Origin: a virus
Virus record (IMG/VR): IMGVR_UViG_3300032215_000643
Coordinates: 1 to 64,000 of that record
DNA length: 64,000 bases
Strand: one strand, 5' to 3'
Shown: one piece after another, positions 1 through 11,457 of the stretch
Layout: each line of letters opens with the position of its first letter
Position numbering within the stretch: position 1 is the stretch's first letter
Notes under the pieces: model-generated
Database searches by the model: none
Told to the model about the DNA's origin: nothing
Seen by the model: only the letters and a program-made list of their open reading frames with translations
Program-made: the position numbers and the translations under genes

Positions 1-2
1 AG

Positions 3-3000
3 TATGCTACTGGTGGTATGGGTTCTCCTGCCCCTATGGATACTTATATGAGATTTAGTAAGGGTGGAGTAAAATCAACAAAACCTGCTGAAAAAACAAT
101 TACTAAAGAAGATGCTAATTTTAATAATAAAGAAAATTTGACAAAACATGGAAATCTTCCTCCTGAAATTGCTGAAATAGTTGCTAATTCTGCTCAAAAG
201 TCATATCAATATAGCAATACGCTTGCCGCTGCATCAAAAATAAGAACGGAGCATGTGCTTCTACAGACCGAGCCGCTTCTTAAACCGCTAAAAAAACCAA
301 ACCTAAAAGATTATTCTTCTATTTATGAATATAAGAAAGCGTATGAAGAATATAAGAAAGATTTAAAGATACAGCATCAAATAATAAAAACAAATAATTT
401 TCCTTTAGAACCACAACTTCTTAGTGTAGACGAAACAAAAGCCATTCAAAAATACATTCGGAATTTATATAATCCACCAGAACAACCTTCTGCGGAAGTT
501 ATAAAAGATTATTTGACTGATACACAACTGAATCCATATAAAGTCGTTGATTTACTTGGCATTCAACATGGACATTTGCAGGGTAAACTTGGGAAAGGGG
601 ATTTTGAAGGCCTAAGACCATTAGTTCATGAAAAAACAGGTTTAGGCGTAGGCACTGTTGCTTCTACTGCGGCAGAAAATCAAATTTTTGCAAAACTTTC
701 TCTACCTAGAGGCGCTAAGGGCGGGAACGACTTACTAAAGGCTTATGATGCCCTCACCCTTGATCCAAAAACTAAAGAAATATTTGATGAAATTATTAAA
801 AGAAATGGTCAAGCCATGACCTATGAAGAAGCAGTTGCTTCTAGATCTGTTTTGAGTCAATTAACAAATTCTTCAAATATTTCATCAAGATATCAATTAA
901 TGCTAAGACAAGCAGTTAAATCTTATGATGAAAGAATTAATTTAGGTAAAGACCCTAGGGGAAATAGATTTAAATATTCAGAGAATATGGCTGATAGAAC
1001 AATTGCTTCAATGAACGCAAAAGGAATTAAATTAGATTCCTTTCCAGAACTTCGTAAAACATTTACAAAACTATTTAATAGTAAAAAACCCGGTTCGGAT
1101 CAAGCCAGAGATGCTTTTATGAGAGGTTTGTATGATCCAACTAATCCATTTTTAATTTCGGCTAATCCAGATGAAAAAATACAAAGGACATCAAAAAATA
1201 TAAGTGGAGACTATCTTTTAAATCCATTAAACTTTCTGCGAAATTTGGGAACAACGCCTAACCCATCTGATGGTAAAAAAGAAATGAAGGGTGAATACTC
1301 TAGAGCATTAATTAAATTTATGAAAAGTGTTGCACGCAGGTTAGAAAAAGGCGGTATCGCTAAACTTGCTGATGGTGGTGTCCCTGCCCTAGTTTCAAAC
1401 GGTGAGTACTTCTTTGGTCCTGATGTTGTTCAACATTATGGTAAAGGATTTATGGATAATCTTAATGCTGGGAAATTTGCTATGGGTGGTAAGATTGTTG
1501 GCCCCGGCGGTCCTAAAGACGATTTAATTCCTATGACATTACCAGAGCATTCATATATTATTAATGCTGCTGCTACTCAAAAGATCGGTACCCCCGCGCT
1601 TGACGCAATTAATTCTAAGAGATTTAATAGAGGTGGATTCCTTGGTTTCGCAGGCGGGGGTTCAAACGATATTCAAGAGTTTAAATTGGGTATTGCTAAG
1701 AATGCTTTTAATGCTAATGAAACTTTACAGGTTGTACATCAAGCAAATCAAGCAGAACTAGAAGTTTTTAAACAAAGAAGAGCGTCGGCTGCACAAGAAT
1801 TACAAATTGCTAAGCAAATTAATGATGAAATAAGAAGAGATGCTTCTGCTACTGCTCAAGAAAAAACTCAGGCTCAAACTAGATTGAAAGAAGCACGCGC
1901 TGCTCAATACCGTGCCGATATGGATGTTCAAAATCAACAAAAGAAAATAAGTCAATCTAAAGTTGCTGCTGTAAAGGCAGAGAAAAATCTTCAAGTTGCT
2001 GCAGATCGCGCCGGAGTTACAGACATTGCAATGCTTGGACCTAATCCTCCGGTAGCACCAGAAGAAAAATCTTCTTTGAGACAAAGAGTTAAAGATAGGT
2101 ATAATCCACCACCGGGTGAAAAACGTAAAGCGTTTAAAGCAGAAATGGGTTCTATGATGGCTGGAACTGCTTTGCAGATGGTTGGATCTATGGCGGGTGG
2201 AGCATTAGAGTCTAATGCTGGAGGGCCAACAATGATGAGTCAGGCTGCCAATTTCGCTGGAACTGGTGCTATGCTAGGTTCGATGCTTGGTCCAGAAGGA
2301 ATTGCAATTGGTGCTGTTGGCGGTGCAATTGTTGGTGGTTTCATGGGCAGAATGTCTGAAAATCAGAGAGCATTAGATGCTGCTACTGCTCGATTAACTG
2401 AGCGTAATAATGGACTTATTGCTAGTTATAAAGCATCAGATACTACATTACAGGCTTTTGGAATAACTTTAAGGAAACTTTCAGATATTAGATTAGGTAA
2501 AACTTCTCAGGAAGTTGATATTAATACTCAAAAAATTAATCAAATGGCTGATGCTTATACTTCATCAACTGATGAATCTCAAATAGCACTGAATAAATTA
2601 GTTAAAGAATCTTATGGCAAAGATACTCAAGATATTCTTAAAAAACAATTTTATGCCAATCGTGCTGCGGGTATGTCTGCCGAAGATGCCTCCATTGCTA
2701 TTGCAGCATTAGCAAAAGCAAATGGTAAGGCTGGGTCAAGTGTTCAAACTTTAATTGATCAATTAAATAAGCAAGATGCGGCATGGGAAAAATCTGGTAA
2801 TGCTCAGGCTAAAGCAGCACTTGCCGCTTTAGGTGAAGGTGGAAAATCAAATGGCAGAATTCCGAAAATCACTGATGTTAAAAATTTTCAAGTTGCAAAA
2901 GATTTAGGTTTAACAACGACTGAATTACCGCAAGGTTTTCAATGGAAGAATCTTGAACAATATATTCCTAGTGATTATGGAGGCTCAGGTAAAAAAACTT

Positions 3001-5828
3001 CTAAAACTCTCATGAAAGAACTTTTTGGCGATACACTTTTTGGTGCTAATGGAAGTGATACTTTTAATAAAGGTGTTACTGGTCAGGAAATATTAAATGC
3101 TCCAAATGCTGATGCTGTAGCAATAGCAAGACTTGCAAATGTTAAGATTTCTGATAATGCTGATCGGGCGCTTGGTAAAATTTGGCTTGAGTTGCAAAAA
3201 ATTGGTGCTGTCGGTCCAGATGCTTTAATTGCATTGGGTGGAGTTCAACAACAATTTAATACTATTAGTAAAGAATTTGCTGGTCCAATTTCTGATGCTA
3301 TAAGTAATTTTGATCCTAAACAATTTAAAGAATTTGTAAATGGATTAAATGATACTTTTGTTGGAAAAACAACTTATAGTCCTATGGGTAAATATGGAGC
3401 GCCATCAGCAACAGGTGGATCAACTTTTGCAAAACTTAATGAAACAGGAAAAATGGTTCTTGATCAAATTGCTTCTAGTTTAGATGATAGTCTTAAACCA
3501 CTTTATGAAAGTTTAAAGGGTGGACCCGGTTCAGTAACAAACTTTTTATCAGCAGTTAATTTAGTATCTAATGGTTTAGTATTAAAGGCAGGGCAAATAG
3601 CGGCTATTACAAATGATAAATCAGGAACGCTTCTTGCTCAAGCAACAGCACAAGCCGGTTTTGAGCAAAAAGGTAAGGATATTGGAAGTACTGAACTGGG
3701 CAATATTAATGGAGCAAATAAAGTAAATGATTTGCAGGAAGCCGCTCAAAAATCTGCTGATGATTTTGCAGCGGCACAGGCGTTAGCGCAAACGGCGTAC
3801 CAAAAAGAACAGCAGAGTATTCAAGATACAATAAAGGCTAAAGGTAAGTATATTGATTCTATTCGTAAGGAAATGGATGCTCGCCAGAAGTTGTTTGATA
3901 AAAAACAGCAGGCTATTCAGCAAGATCTTACTTTAAGAAATCTTCAGAACGATGTTTATAAGGCTCGTACGACAGGTAGCCTCCTTGATCAAGCCGCTGC
4001 TCAAAGTGCTTATAATGCTGAGTTAAACAAACAGGCAGATTTAAAGAAAAAGCAGGCTGCTGATGAAAAAGATCAATCTAAGATTGATAAGACTAACGAA
4101 CAAGTTCAAAAACTTCAAGACACTCTCGATGCTAATTCAAAAACATATGATAAAAATCAGAAAAGGGATCAAGCAACGCAGGATGCTGATCAGGCTGATT
4201 ATAAGACGAAAATTGAACAGGCTAAAAAACTTGGAGATACTACCTCTGTACAACAGGCTGCTTATCAATATGGATGGCAAAAAATAGTTGCAGAAATTGA
4301 AACTACTGGTAAAGTTGGAGATGAAGAAATAACAGCACTTGCAAAAAGTTCAGGTCTTAAAAAAGAGGCAATTACACAAGACGTTAATGATTTGAAGCAA
4401 AAATATACAGAAACAATAGGGGCTTTTGATACTCCTATAGTCTTTGGTACAAATGGAACGATGACAACTCTTAATGTACCGGGTGGAGTAATTCATGCAG
4501 ATGAAATTACTGGTGCATTAACTTGGGAACCGGGTGGGCCTGCTCAGGTATTAAAACTTGGAGATCTTCCTGTATATACCGCTCCAACAAAACCACAAAC
4601 AATTGGATCAGGCCCACTTGCAAATAAACCGTTGCCACCCTTGACCGCAGCAGTAGGTGGTTATATTTCAGGACCGGGAACTGGAACTTCTGATTCTATT
4701 CCTGCTAGGCTTTCTGATGGTGAATATGTAGTTCGTGCTAATGCTGTTAAGCATTATGGTGCCGGTATGATGAATGCCATTAATACAAAGAAATTTGCAA
4801 ATGGTGGAATGGCTAAACTTAATGATGGTGAGGGCGGTGTTTCGACTTCAGAAAATTCTGGTTCTATGAAACCTGCTTCAGATCAGGGAGGAAGCACTAG
4901 CAGTCAACAATGGTACGCTCCAGTTAGTGCTAAAACTGTTACAAACGGTCTTTATTACCTTAGAGGTGGGCATCATGCTGAGGGCTGGTGGGGTAAAAAT
5001 AATTCTGGAGTAAATGATATTCATGCAGGATTAGGAACACCATTTAGATCGTTACTAGGCGGCGTTGTTACTTATGTAGGAAAAGCACCTCAAGATAAAT
5101 TTTATCTTCCCGGTTATGTTAAAGTAAGAAACAATATTGGTGGAGAAGAAAGATACGCACACATGATCCCATCAGTTTCAGTTGGTCAAAAAGTTGCGGC
5201 TGGTCAAACGCTGGGTGTTGCAGGAGTTCAATCAACACCTGTTGCCGGAAGAACAATGACTTCGCCACACCTGCACTTTGCTTGGCATGACTTTGCTGCT
5301 TTAATTCAAAGAGAAGCCGGTGGTTTGGTTCCTTGGATGAAATCAAATGGTAAACCAGTATTTGATAGTTATGGAACGGCAGCACCTTCTGAAGGAGATT
5401 CTTCATCAAAGCCGACTGCAAGTTCTAAAATTAAAGGTACGCTTCCTAAAATTAATCTTGGTTTCTCTGCCCCGTTTGCTGATGGAGGAAAAGTTGCAGG
5501 TCTTGGTGGACCTAAAGATGATTTAATTCCTGCTATGCTTTCAAATGGTGAGTATGTAGTTAACGCAAAGTCTGTATCTAAGTATGGAAAAAATTTCTTA
5601 GATATGGTTAATGCTGGGAAATTTAATCCTAAGTTTACTTCTCCAAGTTCAAGGACAGGGACACCAAAAGGAATTTCTGATACTATTGGGGCTACTACAA
5701 ATAATGTAGAGTATAATTTAAGTGTAACAGTAGAAAAAACCAATGCTTCTCCAGAAGACATTGCAAATGTTGTTATTCAAACTCTTAAGAGAAAAGAAAA
5801 AACTAATAAAACACATAGGATTCTTTAA
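3..5828 (+). CDS. Tape measure protein, 5'-truncated, with C-terminal M23 peptidase domain
   Basis: Frame is open upstream of the ATG at 18 (TAT GCT ACT GGT GGT = YATGG). Long Ala/Gln/Lys helical protein with a Gly-rich hydrophobic segment, repeated GPG..D.IPA.LS.GEYVV.A motifs, an M23-like H..D/YAHM/HLHF region, and located directly before tail-tip genes. Confidence 0.85.
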   Translation, partial: YATGGMGSPAPMDTYMRFSKGGVKSTKPAEKTITKEDANFNNKENLTKHGNLPPEIAEIVANSAQKSYQYSNTLAAASKIRTEHVLLQTEPLLKPLKKPNLKDYSSIYEYKKAYEEYKKDLKIQHQIIKTNNFPLEPQLLSVDETKAIQKYIRNLYNPPEQPSAEVIKDYLTDTQLNPYKVVDLLGIQHGHLQGKLGKGDFEGLRPLVHEKTGLGVGTVASTAAENQIFAKLSLPRGAKGGNDLLKAYDALTLDPKTKEIFDEIIKRNGQAMTYEEAVASRSVLSQLTNSSNISSRYQLMLRQAVKSYDERINLGKDPRGNRFKYSENMADRTIASMNAKGIKLDSFPELRKTFTKLFNSKKPGSDQARDAFMRGLYDPTNPFLISANPDEKIQRTSKNISGDYLLNPLNFLRNLGTTPNPSDGKKEMKGEYSRALIKFMKSVARRLEKGGIAKLADGGVPALVSNGEYFFGPDVVQHYGKGFMDNLNAGKFAMGGKIVGPGGPKDDLIPMTLPEHSYIINAAATQKIGTPALDAINSKRFNRGGFLGFAGGGSNDIQEFKLGIAKNAFNANETLQVVHQANQAELEVFKQRRASAAQELQIAKQINDEIRRDASATAQEKTQAQTRLKEARAAQYRADMDVQNQQKKISQSKVAAVKAEKNLQVAADRAGVTDIAMLGPNPPVAPEEKSSLRQRVKDRYNPPPGEKRKAFKAEMGSMMAGTALQMVGSMAGGALESNAGGPTMMSQAANFAGTGAMLGSMLGPEGIAIGAVGGAIVGGFMGRMSENQRALDAATARLTERNNGLIASYKASDTTLQAFGITLRKLSDIRLGKTSQEVDINTQKINQMADAYTSSTDESQIALNKLVKESYGKDTQDILKKQFYANRAAGMSAEDASIAIAALAKANGKAGSSVQTLIDQLNKQDAAWEKSGNAQAKAALAALGEGGKSNGRIPKITDVKNFQVAKDLGLTTTELPQGFQWKNLEQYIPSDYGGSGKKTSKTLMKELFGDTLFGANGSDTFNKGVTGQEILNAPNADAVAIARLANVKISDNADRALGKIWLELQKIGAVGPDALIALGGVQQQFNTISKEFAGPISDAISNFDPKQFKEFVNGLNDTFVGKTTYSPMGKYGAPSATGGSTFAKLNETGKMVLDQIASSLDDSLKPLYESLKGGPGSVTNFLSAVNLVSNGLVLKAGQIAAITNDKSGTLLAQATAQAGFEQKGKDIGSTELGNINGANKVNDLQEAAQKSADDFAAAQALAQTAYQKEQQSIQDTIKAKGKYIDSIRKEMDARQKLFDKKQQAIQQDLTLRNLQNDVYKARTTGSLLDQAAAQSAYNAELNKQADLKKKQAADEKDQSKIDKTNEQVQKLQDTLDANSKTYDKNQKRDQATQDADQADYKTKIEQAKKLGDTTSVQQAAYQYGWQKIVAEIETTGKVGDEEITALAKSSGLKKEAITQDVNDLKQKYTETIGAFDTPIVFGTNGTMTTLNVPGGVIHADEITGALTWEPGGPAQVLKLGDLPVYTAPTKPQTIGSGPLANKPLPPLTAAVGGYISGPGTGTSDSIPARLSDGEYVVRANAVKHYGAGMMNAINTKKFANGGMAKLNDGEGGVSTSENSGSMKPASDQGGSTSSQQWYAPVSAKTVTNGLYYLRGGHHAEGWWGKNNSGVNDIHAGLGTPFRSLLGGVVTYVGKAPQDKFYLPGYVKVRNNIGGEERYAHMIPSVSVGQKVAAGQTLGVAGVQSTPVAGRTMTSPHLHFAWHDFAALIQREAGGLVPWMKSNGKPVFDSYGTAAPSEGDSSSKPTASSKIKGTLPKINLGFSAPFADGGKVAGLGGPKDDLIPAMLSNGEYVVNAKSVSKYGKNFLDMVNAGKFNPKFTSPSSRTGTPKGISDTIGATTNNVEYNLSVTVEKTNASPEDIANVVIQTLKRKEKTNKTHRIL

Positions 5829-6877
5829 TGGCATTCGGTAAACCAGTATTACAAATTTATACCAGTGATCCAACTATAATTGGCTCAAACCCCATTGGTT
5901 ATACTTTAACTGATCATAACCGCCAACCTTTGCAAGTTACTTATGAAACAATTGAAAATTCTGCTCGTATGGCTAATGGAACGCTTCGTAGATATATTAC
6001 TGCTAATAAAAAGAAAATTGGTATTTCTTGGGATATGGTTCCAGCGGCAGGTGGGTATAATTTTACTGCTGACTCTAACCTTGGTGCTGCTTGGCTTAAA
6101 TCATTTTATGAAGAAAACATTTATAATCCAGTATGGATTAAACTAACATACGCAGAAGAAGGGTGGAGGTTTGCAAACACTCAAGTAGCAACTACAAAGT
6201 TTATGTCTACAAATTTAACTTTTAATAGTACTAATGATAATAGTTCTAGCGTTTCAAATTTATTTAATATTTCAGCATTTGCTTTTTCAAGCATTGCTTC
6301 TGGTTCCGGCACAGCCAGTATAACTACAGTGACAAACCATAATCTTGCACCTAATTCTGAAGTTTATGTTACTGGTGTTAATCAATTATTTAACGGAACT
6401 TGGATCATTGCTGCTTCTGTAAGTCCCAGTGTTTTTACATTTAATTTTAAAGGAAACAATAATGCTTCTGCAACATTTAAAATAAATTCTTATAATCAAT
6501 CTGGAAATACAGCATCATTTAATGTTGATAATAATTCTTTTATTAATGCTGGAACGAATATCTCAATTTTAAATTCTAAACCATTATTAGGATCAAACAT
6601 CAATGGTTCTTGGGCTGTGACTGGAAAAACTGGGCAAACATATTTTACTGCTTCATCTGTTACCAGCCAAACTGCTAGAGGCCAGTATGGAGATGCAACA
6701 ATAACAACTTCTTCTTCATATTCAGGGTCACCAAGCAATTTTTCAGCAGCACAAACAGGGTTAGCAATAACTTCAGATGTTCTTAAAGTTTTTATGACAA
6801 GTTTTAATTATGATATTATTCATAGATCAACTTCAACCGATATGGTTAATATGAATATTGAATTTACGGAGATATAG
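5828..6877 (+). CDS. Distal/minor tail protein with inserted Ser/Thr-rich beta domains
   Basis: First gene after TMP (TAATG coupling). RMANGTLRRY..KK...SW N-terminus and C-terminal 'NIEFTEI' bracket an insert of T..H.L.....V.V.GV...FNGTW-type domains. Confidence 0.65.
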   Translation: MAFGKPVLQIYTSDPTIIGSNPIGYTLTDHNRQPLQVTYETIENSARMANGTLRRYITANKKKIGISWDMVPAAGGYNFTADSNLGAAWLKSFYEENIYNPVWIKLTYAEEGWRFANTQVATTKFMSTNLTFNSTNDNSSSVSNLFNISAFAFSSIASGSGTASITTVTNHNLAPNSEVYVTGVNQLFNGTWIIAASVSPSVFTFNFKGNNNASATFKINSYNQSGNTASFNVDNNSFINAGTNISILNSKPLLGSNINGSWAVTGKTGQTYFTASSVTSQTARGQYGDATITTSSSYSGSPSNFSAAQTGLAITSDVLKVFMTSFNYDIIHRSTSTDMVNMNIEFTEI

Positions 6878-9800
6878 TGCTTTCTCTTTCAGGAAATTCA
6901 GAGACAGCGTTTGCAACTTTAAACTCTGTTAACGTAAATCCATTAGCGTATATTGAATGGAATTATAATAATATTACTAAACCGTACATAGTTTATTCTT
7001 CAAGTACGACTTCTAATTCTAATGCAGTTTCTTTAAATAATTCTGCTTCGTGGACTTCTGTTAATGGAAGCATTTCAACTTTATCAACTGGAGGAAATGT
7101 TAATGAAATTGATACTTCTGCAAGTTGTTTAAAATTATCTTTAAATATAAATAAATATTCAGACACATTTTCTTCTAGTTTTTCTGTTCCTTTAGGCTCT
7201 GGGTATTACAAGATAGTTCTTTATTTAAAAAGTTATACAAAAAATACTTATGGTTCCATTGCCCCTATAAAAAGTTTATCGTTGTCTAGCGCAGGCGCGG
7301 GAACAACAACTGGAACGATTAGATATAATATTATTCCATCAAACATTTATTCACAACGGTCTATTATAGATATAAATAATTCAATTAGTGGATCAATTGC
7401 AGTTACTTCTGCTTCTGGAGTCAATGTTAAATGGGCGGTCACAGAAGGACCAGTCGCGTTTGATATTTATAGATCTATAAGCAACTCATCCTACCTACCT
7501 TTCGTAACAACCATCCCTGCAACAAACGATATAATTTCAAGCGGGTCATACACCTACAATGACAATTTTGCAAACATTGCTACATCTATAAGTGCTAACC
7601 CTACAGAAAGCATGAAAATCTCTGTGTCACCTTCAATAAGATTATCTAATTCTGGTACACAATTAACAAATATTCATTATTATTCAAGAGTTTTGTCAGA
7701 TGAAACATTAAGTTTAGAAAAAATTAGTAATTCAATAGAACTTGATGGTTCTAAGTATTATCGGGTTGAAGTGGTTTTCGGTTCTGATGAAACCTTTAAT
7801 AATATTAATTTAGACCTTTCCGTAGAAGCCCCCTTTGTTAATGGTTCTCTACTTCTATGTAATGCTGAAATGTTTAAAACAGACGGGTGGAACTTTGCCA
7901 ATACAGACTACTATCCGATAGAATCAGTATTTGATGCTAATCGTCCAGCAGAAGCATTGCTTCATCCATACATTCAAACAAAAGATCAGTATGTGAATTA
8001 TGGATATTCTAGTCAAAAACAAAAACCAGCCACACCAATATTCTTTTCTCCAGATGATTTTTTTTCAAATACTCAACCTTACAAGCAAGCACATAATTCA
8101 ATATTCAATAAGTTTAAGTATTATATATCTCCTGATTCTTCTACTGGAGTAAATGCTATTAGGGCGCAGTACAAAAATTATTTAGATATAAATAAAATTG
8201 TTATTAAAACTTCTAATGCTGTAGAAGATATGACAAAAATTTCTGGAAGCATACAAGTCTTGGGGCCAAATTATTCAGTACTAACAACTATTCCTCTGCC
8301 TGTAGGGGCGTTTGATTCAAGTGGTATAGCCGTAGCCTATTTTGACGGCATTGCTTGGACGGCTTCAAGCGCATTTTCTGGTAGAGGAAATTGGAAGCCA
8401 CCATCCTTAACAGATTCTGGAATTTTACAAAATGTTACATCAAGTGTGACGGGTCTAGTTTATATAAGTAATTTCCCAAACCCATCAGACAGTAGAAATA
8501 GTGCATCAGTATATGTTAATCCTACTAATAGAATTCATGTTGTAGAAATTTCTCCCAGACTAGAATTAGATATATCTGAATTAATTGAATCATTAAATGT
8601 TTCAAAAACAATGGATGATTCAGATTCTGTTGCAGGGTTCCCGCTTGGATATATGAATTCAAATCAAGGATCATTGGGCATTAGTAATATTCCAGTTTAT
8701 AAAAATGGATTTCCTCAGACCATATTTGATAATATTTCTCAAACTGCAACATTCTCAGATATTCTTCGTCAAGGTGTAAAATTTACTGTTGGATTAATTT
8801 CTCCAACAAATGATTTTACAGAATTTGTTCCTTTTATGACAATGTATTCAGATTCATGGTCAATTAAAGATATTGATTCACTTTCAGTAGATCTTTATGA
8901 TGCTGGAAAATCATTTTTAATGGGGCAGCAGGCACCAGAATATTTGTGTACATCTGAAAATGTTTTTAGTACAATTACAAATATTTTAGATATTTCTGGT
9001 TTTACTGATTATGATTATGATTCATTAAAAGAAATTTTAAATAAAAAAAATAAAATGGTCAACGCTTTCTGGTGTGATAAAACACAAACCGTGTTTGAGG
9101 TATTGAAATCATTTTTTATTGCACATCAAATCGGCGCGTCGTTTGACGAATATGGAATTTTAAGGTTTTACGATTTAGATAAATATATTTATCAATATAC
9201 AAGTAATAATTTTACTCCAGATTTTTCTGTTAATGATGTTCCAGTATTATTAAATAAATCAACAAGTTCTGTTTATTATGAAGCAAATCTTATTAAAGAT
9301 TCTTATAATGTAACAATTGATAAAAAAATCGGTACAGTAACAGTTGATTATTCTATTCCTATAAAAAACTTTACAGCAAATACGCCCAAAAATAAGGCAA
9401 TTGGTGCAAGGGTAACTGACACTCCAACTCATGGAACCTATGTTGAAACAAACGATACAGCATTGATAAGAAGTTACGCATCAAGATCACTTTTTGCCTC
9501 TGAAAAGAAAATGTATTTAGATCCGCATATTGCGATGAGTTCTAAACTTCTGGGTCATACAATTGAAGAATCTGGCATGGCATTTCTTCAGGGTGAATTA
9601 ATTTCGTGGAACGGCCTTGAATATGTTTTTGTGGCTACAAATGTTAATGGTGCAACAGTTCAATCAATTAAAAAAATTATTAAAAATCCCGGTGATAAGC
9701 AGGCATTTGCAGATGAAATTATTTCTTCAATTCCAACAGTTACATCTGTAGAATATTATCCTACAGGATGGGTGGTGGGCCTACAGAGGGGTCTTAGAAA

Positions 9801-11436
9801 CACTAAGCCAAGAAATCATATCAGGTTTGATGACACTGTTAATAAAAAAAGTCACCTTTATAGTACTACTTCTAATTTTAAATCTATGATAATTTATGGT
9901 TCTGGTTCTGCTCAAAGAGTTAACGCTGCTAGTGGCGCGGCTCGCGCTACTTACGGCGATTCAATTGTTACAATGCATAGTAATATTGCTAAATTTAGAG
10001 TTCATAAACCAAAATCTAAAGCAAGACATTTGTTAGCATTGGTTCCTGTAAAAAATAATTCACAAGGTGAATTTGCAGCACCAACTTCAGCATCTAGTTT
10101 TGATTATTTTAGTTTTGTGTTTAAGGGTCCAGATTTAAGAAATCAAAAATTTACTCATGATAAATCTGTAATTGAAGTAGGTTTTTATATTAATCACAGA
10201 ACTTCACCAATCATTTTAGGTATTAGAAATGTTGCAGATAAAAATGCTAAAAATCATTCATGGTTAGCGGTTAATAATTTTTCTGTTACTGGAGTAAAAG
10301 CAAAAACATCTTCAGGTGCTAATTCGGTATTGCATGATTCTCCATTCCAAAGATTAAGCATTGATGTGTTTGATGGGCAGCCACACAGAATTGAGTTGTA
10401 TATAGATTATTCAACTAGCAAATGCTATTTTTATATTAATAAAAAAATGTATGGTCATTACGATATTGTGGGAAACAAGGGTGCCAAAATTGATAAATCT
10501 GGTTCTTCTGATTGGGGCGTGTATGTCGAAAATTTAGAAAAAACTTTTATGAATGTGCGCGGCGATGAAAAAGAATTGAATGTTTTTGTTACAGAAATGT
10601 ATGCTTATGATTATAGTTCTTTGGGCGTTGGTCAGTATTCAGCATTAAAAACAATGTATCCTCCGGTATATACACCATATAATTTTCATTGGCATAATCC
10701 ATATTATCTAGATCAGTTGGTTAAAAATTCTCCAAACTGCGAACCAAATTATTATTATTGGGGGCCACTTGATTTGTTTGGAGTAAAATTTTATGATAAA
10801 GTTGCTTATCAAACAAGCCCAGTGATTCCAAAAACAGCACATATAGATCCACATTTAGGTTATTCTAGTGATTATGCAGGAAGTTTTGAAGTTTTAAAGG
10901 CTGCTACGCTTAAAGATGTAGCAAAATCAAATGTATTTTCCACTCCATTTAGATTTTCATGTATGTTAGTTAATGATAATAGAAATAATCAGTTAGTTTG
11001 GCTTGCAAAAGGGAAGGGAACACAAGGTCCAGAAGTTACTCCATTTACAATAGGCTCAGATTTTATAAAACATAATGATTCAGTTCAAATAGATAAAATA
11101 ATAAATCCATCTAATCTTCAAAATTCTGTAATATTAAAAACTGATTGGTTGCAATCTTCACAGGAAGCAGAAAAACTTTTAGAAACTGCCGTATTTTTTG
11201 CTAATTCTTTTAGCACTACGGTTAATGTTCAGTTGTTTGGAAACCCCTTATTGCAGGTAGGAGATATTTGTCAATTTATTTATACAAAAAAAAGAATTGG
11301 TTACGATCCTGAAAATGCATCCATAGCCCCTCTATTCTTCTTGGTGAAAGAAGTTAATCAAGATTTTACGGGTGGGCTAACCACTAACCTATCTTTAAGA
11401 CCATTGTTTAATACAAATTCAACAAGCATTGCATGA
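6877..11436 (+). CDS. Large minor tail / baseplate-hub protein (1519 aa, GTG start)
   Basis: Position in tail module; 'FDEYGILRF' and C-terminal 'GNPLLQVGD' motifs typical of siphophage hub proteins. Confidence 0.65.
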   Translation: MLSLSGNSETAFATLNSVNVNPLAYIEWNYNNITKPYIVYSSSTTSNSNAVSLNNSASWTSVNGSISTLSTGGNVNEIDTSASCLKLSLNINKYSDTFSSSFSVPLGSGYYKIVLYLKSYTKNTYGSIAPIKSLSLSSAGAGTTTGTIRYNIIPSNIYSQRSIIDINNSISGSIAVTSASGVNVKWAVTEGPVAFDIYRSISNSSYLPFVTTIPATNDIISSGSYTYNDNFANIATSISANPTESMKISVSPSIRLSNSGTQLTNIHYYSRVLSDETLSLEKISNSIELDGSKYYRVEVVFGSDETFNNINLDLSVEAPFVNGSLLLCNAEMFKTDGWNFANTDYYPIESVFDANRPAEALLHPYIQTKDQYVNYGYSSQKQKPATPIFFSPDDFFSNTQPYKQAHNSIFNKFKYYISPDSSTGVNAIRAQYKNYLDINKIVIKTSNAVEDMTKISGSIQVLGPNYSVLTTIPLPVGAFDSSGIAVAYFDGIAWTASSAFSGRGNWKPPSLTDSGILQNVTSSVTGLVYISNFPNPSDSRNSASVYVNPTNRIHVVEISPRLELDISELIESLNVSKTMDDSDSVAGFPLGYMNSNQGSLGISNIPVYKNGFPQTIFDNISQTATFSDILRQGVKFTVGLISPTNDFTEFVPFMTMYSDSWSIKDIDSLSVDLYDAGKSFLMGQQAPEYLCTSENVFSTITNILDISGFTDYDYDSLKEILNKKNKMVNAFWCDKTQTVFEVLKSFFIAHQIGASFDEYGILRFYDLDKYIYQYTSNNFTPDFSVNDVPVLLNKSTSSVYYEANLIKDSYNVTIDKKIGTVTVDYSIPIKNFTANTPKNKAIGARVTDTPTHGTYVETNDTALIRSYASRSLFASEKKMYLDPHIAMSSKLLGHTIEESGMAFLQGELISWNGLEYVFVATNVNGATVQSIKKIIKNPGDKQAFADEIISSIPTVTSVEYYPTGWVVGLQRGLRNTKPRNHIRFDDTVNKKSHLYSTTSNFKSMIIYGSGSAQRVNAASGAARATYGDSIVTMHSNIAKFRVHKPKSKARHLLALVPVKNNSQGEFAAPTSASSFDYFSFVFKGPDLRNQKFTHDKSVIEVGFYINHRTSPIILGIRNVADKNAKNHSWLAVNNFSVTGVKAKTSSGANSVLHDSPFQRLSIDVFDGQPHRIELYIDYSTSKCYFYINKKMYGHYDIVGNKGAKIDKSGSSDWGVYVENLEKTFMNVRGDEKELNVFVTEMYAYDYSSLGVGQYSALKTMYPPVYTPYNFHWHNPYYLDQLVKNSPNCEPNYYYWGPLDLFGVKFYDKVAYQTSPVIPKTAHIDPHLGYSSDYAGSFEVLKAATLKDVAKSNVFSTPFRFSCMLVNDNRNNQLVWLAKGKGTQGPEVTPFTIGSDFIKHNDSVQIDKIINPSNLQNSVILKTDWLQSSQEAEKLLETAVFFANSFSTTVNVQLFGNPLLQVGDICQFIYTKKRIGYDPENASIAPLFFLVKEVNQDFTGGLTTNLSLRPLFNTNSTSIA

Positions 11437-11442
11437 TAAAAT
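11434..11442 (+). promoter_or_regulatory. Extended -10 promoter (TGATAAAAT)
   Basis: Variant of the recurrent TGnTATAAT motif, followed by an AGGAGG SD and the ATG at 11458. Confidence 0.5.
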
Positions 11443-11457
11443 TGTAAAGGAGGAACT

